From positions 1-28,134 of the forward strand of contig JAJRZD010000030.1 of the NCBI GenBank assembly GCA_024275415.1: 28,134 nt of DNA, read 5' to 3'. The notes beneath the pieces were generated by a model. The model made no database searches. It saw nothing but the letters and a program-made list of their open reading frames with translations, and was not told the origin of the DNA. Every line of letters starts with the position of its first letter. The stretch's first letter is position 1. Shown here in pieces: positions 19,061-26,828 of this stretch. The position numbers were made by a program, and so were the translations under genes. Origin of the DNA: an archaeon. GTDB taxonomy: Archaea; Asgardarchaeota; Thorarchaeia; Thorarchaeales; Thorarchaeaceae.

Positions 19061-19217
19061 TCTTCGATGAATATGCTTCTCAAGCGTACAGAGAAAGACA
19101 GAACCCTCAGGAGTCGAATAGTATTTCTGAGGGATATTTGTCTTTCCGGCCTTTTCATTCAGAACCAGTTCTGATTTAGAAATTCCCTGATTTTTCACAC
19201 AATGTCTGCAGATTCAG

Positions 19218-19257
19218 AAAAAATAAAAGCATCCGGAACCATGCAAAGCCCGGATGC
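19218..19257 (-). terminator. Hairpin plus U-tract terminator on the minus strand
   Basis: 8-bp stem GCATCCGG/CCGGATGC (19229-19236 and 19250-19257), followed on the minus strand by TTTTATTTTTT. Confidence 0.6.
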
Positions 19258-19332
19258 CCTTGTATGTAGACTAAGGGTAGGGTCCCGATTGATTCGGGAT
19301 CCCTGGCCACTGGTGTTTTTGGATGCCCGAAT

Positions 19333-19377
19333 CTAGAAGGGTGGAATTGGTGATGGATCGTCGGGCGGACGGTACAT
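19333..19377 (-). other. Mini-ORF MYRPPDDPSPIPPF (14 aa) with a perfect Shine-Dalgarno
   Basis: GGAGGTGAT (19391-19383), a 5-nt spacer, ATG and TAG. Translation is not demonstrated. Confidence 0.5.
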
Positions 19378-19530
19378 CAGTTATCACCTCCACCGATAGA
19401 GCGACCAGAAACTCCCTTAGCTAATTCATTCAGAATGAACTTCGATATGACCGCCCTGTATCGAAAAGAAAAAGGTATGAAGGGCGTTTTGAAAAGAGTA
19501 AGCAATCAGAACTCCTGAAAAAGAGTGTAA

Positions 19531-21015
19531 GTGATGATGCAACTCAACGATATCCTCGACCGAGTCCAGCAGAATAACCCTGAGAAGGTGGAACAGATCA
19601 GAAAGATTGCTGACGAGGTATCATCTATTCTAGAGGAATTGAACACAGCTCCAGGACTGATTGGATGGGATCTGATTCTGTTCAGGACAAAGCAACTTCT
19701 GCTGAGAGCAGGGATTTCGAATGATGATTTACAGATCTTAGACAGGGAATGGGCAAGAACAACAAAAAGCAGTGAACACAGACTGAACCTATTCTATGAT
19801 CCTCCGCGGGTGTACAACTCCTTGCTCCATGACTCGTCTGTGTTCGACAAGCTAGTCCGCGTACATGATGACTTAAGAGAGAGGGGAAGTACATCGTTCA
19901 GAGAAATCTACCTTGATGCATTCTTTGAGTTGAGAAAGCAGCTCAAGCCAACAATGACAAAGAAGGAGCTGGAAGTATTCAGAGAAACTATTCGGCAGCA
20001 GACCACATCGCCTTCGATACTTTCAGAGAAGATTGGGACTACGAAGGGATACGTTTCACGAGTAGTAAAGGGACTGCTTTCGAGGGGGTTGTTGTCAGAG
20101 GTAGTAAGGTTCTCGTATGGTGCATTGTCGCTAAAGGTAGTCATTGCGCTCGTCGAGATGGAGAGCCTCGATACAGAGCTGCCGGATTACCTGACAAGGA
20201 AGAACCCTTGGCTCTACAGTCTGTTTGACTGTAAATACGCAAATCGGGTTGTCATGGCGAACTTCATTGTTACGATGTCATGGCGTTCACGTGAGGAGAT
20301 GCAACAATGGAAGGAACAGCTGCTGTCATATCCCAGCGTGAAGGATGTCAAGTTAATCGAGCGTGACGAGAAGAAGTCATGGATGTCCTTCGACTATAGC
20401 AGGTTTGATGGAAAAGACTGGAATGTTATCCCGGGTGAGTTCGGAGTGCTGGTGAAATCAAGATTTAGAGAGCAGTCTGTGCCCTCCGGCATACGGGCTA
20501 CAGTCAGAAACTTGAGAGGGTTTAAGGTCACAAATATAGACGTGCAAATGATTGCCATACTGTATGAGAATGGGGCGCTATCTATCAGGGAAATAAGACA
20601 ACACATGGGGCTTGACTACAACACCGTGAGGAAAGCATACAATCGGCTGAAGGAAAGGGGCGTAATCTGGAACCGCATTCACCCGTCGCCATTGATTGCT
20701 CCAGAGAATATCACGCTCGTGGTAGAAGCTGACGAGGTATTGCATGCAAAGCTTTGCAGCGCATTCTCGATATGTCCAGAGGTGTATGCACAAAGAGGGA
20801 GTGGTGACTCCTCGATATTCATGCTGCGACTACCCGACGGTCATGGGATAAGTGTAGGAAGGACGCTGAACGAGATCCTCAGAGGGACAAGAAGAGTGCT
20901 TCTGCAATTCGGAGAGCATCATTTCACAAACTGGAAGTTTCCACTTGAGAGATGGGATGACCAGTACAAGGAGTTCAGGCTGGACTCTAACGATTTCGGA
21001 GGCGTAGATGGATGA
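19531..21015 (+). CDS. Transcriptional regulator with two tandem Lrp/AsnC-like wHTH modules and a ~140-aa helical N-terminal extension
   Basis: HTH1: MTKKELEVF...SPSILSEKIGTTKGYVSRVVKGLLSRGLL. HTH2: VTNIDVQMIAILYENGALSIREIRQHMGLDYNTVRKAYNRLKERGVI. Each is followed by a ferredoxin/RAM-like segment. Confidence 0.75.
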   Translation: MMMQLNDILDRVQQNNPEKVEQIRKIADEVSSILEELNTAPGLIGWDLILFRTKQLLLRAGISNDDLQILDREWARTTKSSEHRLNLFYDPPRVYNSLLHDSSVFDKLVRVHDDLRERGSTSFREIYLDAFFELRKQLKPTMTKKELEVFRETIRQQTTSPSILSEKIGTTKGYVSRVVKGLLSRGLLSEVVRFSYGALSLKVVIALVEMESLDTELPDYLTRKNPWLYSLFDCKYANRVVMANFIVTMSWRSREEMQQWKEQLLSYPSVKDVKLIERDEKKSWMSFDYSRFDGKDWNVIPGEFGVLVKSRFREQSVPSGIRATVRNLRGFKVTNIDVQMIAILYENGALSIREIRQHMGLDYNTVRKAYNRLKERGVIWNRIHPSPLIAPENITLVVEADEVLHAKLCSAFSICPEVYAQRGSGDSSIFMLRLPDGHGISVGRTLNEILRGTRRVLLQFGEHHFTNWKFPLERWDDQYKEFRLDSNDFGGVDG

Positions 21016-22430
21016 TTTTGCAGATGGTCTATTCATCAATCATGCCAATCCCAGAGATAGTCACAAAGAGAAACATGCTACGTAAAGAACTAGGATATCT
21101 TGGTGATAGGACAAGAGCATGGGAAAAGTTCGTTGAGGTGGTACGGAGCAGGAATGTTTTGAAGCATGACGCGTTCGTCAAGGACTTCTCATGTCTTAGA
21201 TGGAACCTTATCAGGGAAAACCTAGGACAATCCCTGCACCTGATCCGATTGGACAGGGAATACAGTATGCGTCTGCGTGTCCCATTGCCATTGAAAGCGA
21301 GCCGTAGCATCAGGCAGACTATCAACGGCACAATATACCCGACATACAGTGACATTCGGATATTCCCTTCGCTATTCGCAGAGTTCAGACAGAGGATCCT
21401 AGTAGCTGATCCCACAGTGTATGGACAGGATGAACGGCAGTTGGTCATAGCCCACATCCGCCAATCCAAGCGGGTAAGGAGGGATCTCTCACATGCACTT
21501 TTTGGGTCAGGGAACGTGATTGCCTCAGAATTCTCGATGCCCTTTCACATCAGGGTCACTCGGAATAGAGGCAGAGTATCTAAGCAGGTTTCGGGAGGTA
21601 AATACCCGACATTCATCGCTATGAATGATGGAAAGGTCACAATAAGCGGGAACAGCAAGGGAGGCTCTTTGCTCCTCTCACGCGTGTTGGAGGCAGTCGT
21701 CCTGGCCCTCGCTCAGAGGGTCACAGTCCCGAATCTCTGGAATCGGATACGTGACCTTGACACTGTCCCATCTTACGTACTCACTGAGATCTTTGAGACC
21801 TTATTTATTGCTCTCGCCCCAGAATACAATATCCACTCCAGAAGGGACACTCCTCATATCCTCAACCATCGATACCAGAGAAAAGCATTCGAGATGGTAG
21901 CAAAGTCGTTGGGACTGCAGGAGATGTTCGGGTCGATAACAAAAGAGTTCGTTGAGGTCATTCAAGGTTTCCCCGTGTTCAAGTTGACACCATTGCTACA
22001 GGTCTCGGAACCCTTGGCGTCAAAGACCAGAAGCACCATTAGGAGGTTCTCATCTTCCAGACCGGATCACGAACTGCAACCACCAGTTCGAACCGTCGTT
22101 GAGTTTTTGACTCGTGAGTTCTTGAAGGATAAAATGAGTTACGAGTACGGTTGGGGCGAGAGTCATCGCCCAATGGACCGATGGGGATTGAGAACCGCGA
22201 ACCAGGTATTGAAAGGAGTGAGAGCACTCGAGGATGAGAAGGGAATCAGCCCGCGTATCAAACAGGAGGAGATATATCACAGGAGCAACTCCATTCTCCA
22301 TCACTTGCACGGGTTAGGAATCGTCAGAACCGCAGAAACGAAACGAACTAGTGCCTCTATTGTTTACGGCATCAATCCGGATGATCCCACGGTAGAAAAG
22401 ATGATGCTATCTATCTCCATGACTACCTAG
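21012..22430 (+). CDS. Uncharacterised basic 472-aa protein, possible C-terminal winged helix
   Basis: Long clean ORF with an ATGA overlap with the upstream gene. The C-terminus (SILHHLHGLGIVRTAETKRTSASIVYGIN) resembles a wHTH wing. No family recognised. Confidence 0.75.
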   Translation: MILQMVYSSIMPIPEIVTKRNMLRKELGYLGDRTRAWEKFVEVVRSRNVLKHDAFVKDFSCLRWNLIRENLGQSLHLIRLDREYSMRLRVPLPLKASRSIRQTINGTIYPTYSDIRIFPSLFAEFRQRILVADPTVYGQDERQLVIAHIRQSKRVRRDLSHALFGSGNVIASEFSMPFHIRVTRNRGRVSKQVSGGKYPTFIAMNDGKVTISGNSKGGSLLLSRVLEAVVLALAQRVTVPNLWNRIRDLDTVPSYVLTEIFETLFIALAPEYNIHSRRDTPHILNHRYQRKAFEMVAKSLGLQEMFGSITKEFVEVIQGFPVFKLTPLLQVSEPLASKTRSTIRRFSSSRPDHELQPPVRTVVEFLTREFLKDKMSYEYGWGESHRPMDRWGLRTANQVLKGVRALEDEKGISPRIKQEEIYHRSNSILHHLHGLGIVRTAETKRTSASIVYGINPDDPTVEKMMLSISMTT

Positions 22431-22512
22431 AGAGCGGGGATCGTAATCAAAATACACCAAATCGTAAAGAATTAGTAAAATTTGGAATTGGTTAGACACC
22501 TATAGAAAATAT

Positions 22513-22520
22513 TTAAATAG
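22513..22520 (+). promoter_or_regulatory. TATA box of the cas operon
   Basis: TTTAAATA preceded by the purine-rich AGAAAA (BRE-like), about 23 nt upstream of ATG 22543. Confidence 0.55.
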
Positions 22521-22542
22521 TGTGTTGGGGGAGTGTCCATCA

Positions 22543-25188
22543 ATGAGCGTGTTTACAATCGAATCCCTAGAAAGAGTTGCCCGAGAAAGAGGATGGGACA
22601 GGCTACTTGCCAAATCGCCCCCCCAGGGCGAACAGAGTATCCTCTCCCACGCCAAGGCTGTGACTGGCATTGCCGAAACGGTTGGCGAGATGATAGGGCT
22701 TCCTAAGGAACTGATGGACATGCTTAGAGTGTCTGCATTTCTCCACGATATGGGCAAAGAGAAAGATGCATTTCAAAAGTCACTTGAAACAAAAGAGCGG
22801 ACAAAACATCTTCCCACATTGGATGAGATCAGAGATATCCTTCAATCTGAATATGGCATCCAAGACGAGTTTGTCACAAAGGTGTACTTTGTCATAATCG
22901 AAACCCATAGAGGACTTGGTGAAACAGAGACTGCAATGAGGGCAGTGAGTGAACTTGTGGATAGGGGGGAGACCCCCACCCTTATCGAACTGGGAGAGAT
23001 CGTCAGACTCTCGGACTGGATGGCATCAAGTGATTCTCCGGCATCGTTTTTCAAAAATCCAAGAGTTGTCGAATTCAAACCACTCCTAAGAGAGAACAGC
23101 ATCCACCTCGAATACTACAGCCTACTTCGAATACGGGGAGTTCTAACATATCTCCTCCATAGAGGAATTCAATCCACCTTCAAGAAAAAGGGGTATGAGA
23201 TATTGGCATCATACCCTGATGGATGTATCCTGATAGGGAAAGAACCACTTGACAAAGAGTGGTTCCAATCCGAAGTCAAGAAGCAGATAAAGAAAATACT
23301 TGACAAGGCACTCTTGGCTCCTGCATTCTTGGATAGTGCGATCTCACTCCAAATAAACAGAGGGATGATCGCAAACCCATCCATTGTCGCACTTAGTGCC
23401 CTGTCGAACCTTGTAGATTTTGGTATTGATAGGATACACTCCCTTGGTGGTAAGGATGATGACCAGAAACGAGCAATCCTGATGAGATACATCTCCACTC
23501 TCCAGAACGCGTTACGGACAAAAATTGAAGAGAAAGGTCTCGAGGTCCCGTCAGAACTTTCGGATATGGAGAAGGAGGTCTTCGGGATAGACTTTGGAGC
23601 GATTGGGCTGCCCATGGACTACGAACTCTGGAAAGGGCTTATCCAGAAAAGCTCCGCAATCCTAGTCAGGAACAAGACTGCTTCAAGAGACCTTGAAACC
23701 TTGGATATTACGAGTGGGCTGGCATCAATCAAGAAGGCTTACAAAGAATTGATAGACAAGATGAAAATTCTCTTCTCAGCAGATCAATTCAAGTTCATTG
23801 AAACGATGGAAACCGAGGGCCACCTGGAGGCACTGCTAAGAGATATAGGTCATCCTTCGATGCTTCAAAAAAAAGATGACATCGACTCCAACGAATATAC
23901 GACATTTGCACGTCACACTCTGGCGACCTACCAAAAAGCAAAGGAGCAGGTCATGGGAAAGATGACGGGGGACATCAGGTGTCCCATCTGCGGCTCTGCC
24001 GATACAGGCACGAAGGCAATATCAGCAGCAGTCGGCTCAGGAACCAAGAAATTCCTCAACAGCGGTATCGGAACCAAGAGGCTTGAGAACATCAATGTGT
24101 GCAACCTGTGCATCTTGGAAGGCATTTTGAGAGGTAACAAGGATCACGGATACGTACTCCTACCACAGACAGCATTCTCAGCACAAGAAGCGTATGCACT
24201 AGAACATATCGCTAAGAAATACCTTTCAAAACTTGATAGGAATGTCTTCAAGACGGCAGCTATGCTCTTGAGAGGGGAACTGGAAACAGTCGGAGCGACC
24301 CTACGTGACCGTCTATCAGCGATATGCTCTTCAGAAAGGGAATTCTACGACATCTCGGGAGATATCGTCGGAAATTATGTGCTGATGACCACCTTTGCAG
24401 AAAGGAAGGGGTCAGTATCTGACAACATGGCAAAAGCAGTATTTCAGGGTCTTATCTTGCATCATCTCATGGACGTTAGAGTGATGATCCTAACAGGGTT
24501 CGAGATGATTGATATCAACGATAGAAGAGGCGCTGTTCAGTTCCCAGGGACAAGCACATTACTTCGAGTTCTTCGGTCAAGGGAAAATAGGGTAGATTTT
24601 GCGAACACCAAAGTACTGGTTAGAAGACTTGCAGCAGCATTACTCGCAAAGTACAGCGCTAATCTGTCAGACAATAACGGCATTATCCAAGCATTGGATA
24701 CACATCCAGGTCAGATTGCACAGCGGATCGCGCTCGATAGGGATTCGGTAAAGTTGAGCGAACACGATTTACGAATTCTCAAAATTCTATATGAGGGATA
24801 TGACATGACAAGCATAACAGACATGACTGTTGAGATACTGGACAAATACTATCGTCCAGAGAAATATGGGAAGTCTATGCATTCCGTATTGGGGCCAATG
24901 AACTCGTTATATACTGAATTCAGGAAGGCATCGAAGTTAGATCAGGAGGCCATAGAGGCCATCGCAGGGAAAATGCATAGACAGCTCCAGCAATTGAACA
25001 AAGGAGACTACATGCTCGCAGAGGCAGCAGCGCCAATTCTAGAACTGTGCAAGGCGTTGGCTTCTCGACTTGAGGATGCAGGTCCTAGAGATCGCAAGAA
25101 GATTCTCGATGACCTACGATACTCGATCTATTTGAGACGATTGATTTCAATCAACGAGAAAATCGAAAAGAAGAAAGGAGGTAACTAA
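22543..25188 (+). CDS. cas10d: Type I-D large subunit Cas10d (Csc3) with N-terminal HD nuclease; start ATG 22543 preferred over GTG 22522
   Basis: HD motifs SILSH, LHDMGK, ETH, LSDWMAS; zinc finger CPIC...CNLC; helical C-terminus; directly upstream of csc2 and csc1. Confidence 0.9.
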   Translation: MSVFTIESLERVARERGWDRLLAKSPPQGEQSILSHAKAVTGIAETVGEMIGLPKELMDMLRVSAFLHDMGKEKDAFQKSLETKERTKHLPTLDEIRDILQSEYGIQDEFVTKVYFVIIETHRGLGETETAMRAVSELVDRGETPTLIELGEIVRLSDWMASSDSPASFFKNPRVVEFKPLLRENSIHLEYYSLLRIRGVLTYLLHRGIQSTFKKKGYEILASYPDGCILIGKEPLDKEWFQSEVKKQIKKILDKALLAPAFLDSAISLQINRGMIANPSIVALSALSNLVDFGIDRIHSLGGKDDDQKRAILMRYISTLQNALRTKIEEKGLEVPSELSDMEKEVFGIDFGAIGLPMDYELWKGLIQKSSAILVRNKTASRDLETLDITSGLASIKKAYKELIDKMKILFSADQFKFIETMETEGHLEALLRDIGHPSMLQKKDDIDSNEYTTFARHTLATYQKAKEQVMGKMTGDIRCPICGSADTGTKAISAAVGSGTKKFLNSGIGTKRLENINVCNLCILEGILRGNKDHGYVLLPQTAFSAQEAYALEHIAKKYLSKLDRNVFKTAAMLLRGELETVGATLRDRLSAICSSEREFYDISGDIVGNYVLMTTFAERKGSVSDNMAKAVFQGLILHHLMDVRVMILTGFEMIDINDRRGAVQFPGTSTLLRVLRSRENRVDFANTKVLVRRLAAALLAKYSANLSDNNGIIQALDTHPGQIAQRIALDRDSVKLSEHDLRILKILYEGYDMTSITDMTVEILDKYYRPEKYGKSMHSVLGPMNSLYTEFRKASKLDQEAIEAIAGKMHRQLQQLNKGDYMLAEAAAPILELCKALASRLEDAGPRDRKKILDDLRYSIYLRRLISINEKIEKKKGGN
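24805..25188 (+). CDS. cas11d: Putative internally translated small subunit Cas11d (127 aa)
   Basis: In-frame ATG 24805 with GAGGG 7 nt upstream, at the start of the C-terminal helical domain. Internal Cas11d translation is established for type I-D. Confidence 0.6.
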   Translation: MTSITDMTVEILDKYYRPEKYGKSMHSVLGPMNSLYTEFRKASKLDQEAIEAIAGKMHRQLQQLNKGDYMLAEAAAPILELCKALASRLEDAGPRDRKKILDDLRYSIYLRRLISINEKIEKKKGGN

Positions 25189-25189
25189 C

Positions 25190-26137
25190 ATGAAAATAGA
25201 CTTGCTAGATAGTGAATCGGAATGGTTCGTGAAAGAGCCATCACCACTTGCACCGGCAAAGTATGCAACCATAGGAGTTCTAAGAAGGACATTGGATTAC
25301 GCTGCATTCCGGACAGAGGCTGACAAATATACCAATAGTGTGGCGACGCCTGCTGGCCGAAAGACGCACGATGTCATCGAGCGGGCCCTTATTCTGGCCT
25401 CTAAGCAAAAAGCGGTTGAACGAAGGCAGCAGAACAAGTTAGTCCGAGACCTCTATCCAGATAATGAGTGTTATCTGAAGGACTATCTATGCTTGGAATG
25501 CCCAGTTTGTGCATTAAATGGGGGAATCAAGGCTGTGAAAGGCGCTGGAGATGTGTCAATAAAGTCACGGATACTCTACCAGACAGCATTCTCTGTGCTA
25601 CCTTTCGATCAGGTGGTTGAAAGCATTACTTTCAACGCGGTTGATGAGAGAACCACGAAGACTGACCAAGCACTGGGAGAGCGGGAATTGGTAAAGCCCG
25701 ACACGTACTTTGTGTCTACTGTATCAATCCTATCGCCTACTGTGGACGAGTTAAAGTTCTATCTCTATTCTCTCTTCAATACAACGCGATACGGTGCGGA
25801 AACAAGAGGGATAGGTGTGATCGAGAACAAATTGCTAGGCGTGGTGCTATCGGATACTGAGGAATTCTCAGCTCTTGGGGTCACAATGGACTTCTACGAT
25901 AACCTCATCGCAGAAAAAGAAAACCCCCAGATGAACTTTGTTTCAGCCTTAGATGTCTTTCATGATGTGTGCGTGGAATCGGTCTCTGGAAATGGGCAAC
26001 GAATCTACAAGAAGGACGAGGTCGTCCAGATTGAGAAGGATATTCGCAGTGCAGAAATCACGAAGAGCTGGCTTCAAGGAATGTTCAAGACCTCGAAGAA
26101 ATTCAAGGATGTCATAGCCGCAGATGCAAAGAAATGA
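25190..26137 (+). CDS. cas7: Type I-D backbone subunit Cas7 (Csc2)
   Basis: FRTE, ASKQKAVERR, CLECPVCALNG, KSRILYQTAFS, TFNAVDE and ELVKPDTYF match Csc2 motifs. Confidence 0.92.
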   Translation: MKIDLLDSESEWFVKEPSPLAPAKYATIGVLRRTLDYAAFRTEADKYTNSVATPAGRKTHDVIERALILASKQKAVERRQQNKLVRDLYPDNECYLKDYLCLECPVCALNGGIKAVKGAGDVSIKSRILYQTAFSVLPFDQVVESITFNAVDERTTKTDQALGERELVKPDTYFVSTVSILSPTVDELKFYLYSLFNTTRYGAETRGIGVIENKLLGVVLSDTEEFSALGVTMDFYDNLIAEKENPQMNFVSALDVFHDVCVESVSGNGQRIYKKDEVVQIEKDIRSAEITKSWLQGMFKTSKKFKDVIAADAKK

Positions 26138-26153
26138 CCGGGGAGGAACGTAC

Positions 26154-26828
26154 GTGACCTTTTCGCTCTACAGGTGTGAGCTGGTGCCAGAGGACTTCCT
26201 GTTCTTTGTTTCGCGGGAGTTCAATACATATACTCAGGTACAACCTCACATCCATAACTACGCGCTAAGCTATGCGATTGCAAGGAGGTTCACGGTGGGT
26301 TCACTGGGGACAACGCCGAATTACTCCGAACTAACGGACTTTGACCTGTATGCCACACCTGCACTTCCCACAAGCACACCTAGCTACGTCACCCATACAT
26401 ACAACTCGATCTGTTCTAGAACCAACATTACTCAGTCCGGCTACAATGTGCCTGCTCTAGGACGGATTTCAAAGATATCTCCAGTTTCCACTCCATTCGA
26501 GTTCCTTGTTTTTGCAACATCGGAGAGGAAACCTCCCAAGTACATCCGAGTGGGAAAGAAATCATGCATCTGTAGGGTGAGTCATCAGGAAATGGAGATT
26601 GAAGATGTGATATCACAACCAGAAGAGGTAGTGACAGTGGACTATTGCTTCAACCTCCTTGACTTGTCAGTGAATGACATCGTGGAATCGGCAGATATGA
26701 TCATGACATATCCGTCGCCAATCGCACGAACCATGACTGTGAAAGCACCGCATATCGTAGTCAGAATCAACGATGAAACTACGGCATTACCAATACCAAG
26801 ACATCTTCGGACTTTGGAGGATTTGTGA
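26154..26828 (+). CDS. cas5: Type I-D Cas5 (Csc1); GTG 26154 with GGGAGG SD is the likely start
   Basis: FFVSRE...IHNYALSYA, LYATPA, YIRVGKK motifs of Csc1. Confidence 0.9.
   Translation: MTFSLYRCELVPEDFLFFVSREFNTYTQVQPHIHNYALSYAIARRFTVGSLGTTPNYSELTDFDLYATPALPTSTPSYVTHTYNSICSRTNITQSGYNVPALGRISKISPVSTPFEFLVFATSERKPPKYIRVGKKSCICRVSHQEMEIEDVISQPEEVVTVDYCFNLLDLSVNDIVESADMIMTYPSPIARTMTVKAPHIVVRINDETTALPIPRHLRTLEDL

Noticed and set aside
21290-21297. Exact ATTGAAAG handle on the plus strand inside the 472-aa gene
   Set aside because: An isolated 8-mer with no flanking repeat similarity; about one such hit is expected by chance in a window this size.
23446-23463. GGKDDD in Cas10d resembling a Palm GGDD motif
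   Set aside because: It has an inserted Lys, sits in a helical context and lacks the supporting Palm motifs. There is no basis to claim cyclic-oligoadenylate synthesis.
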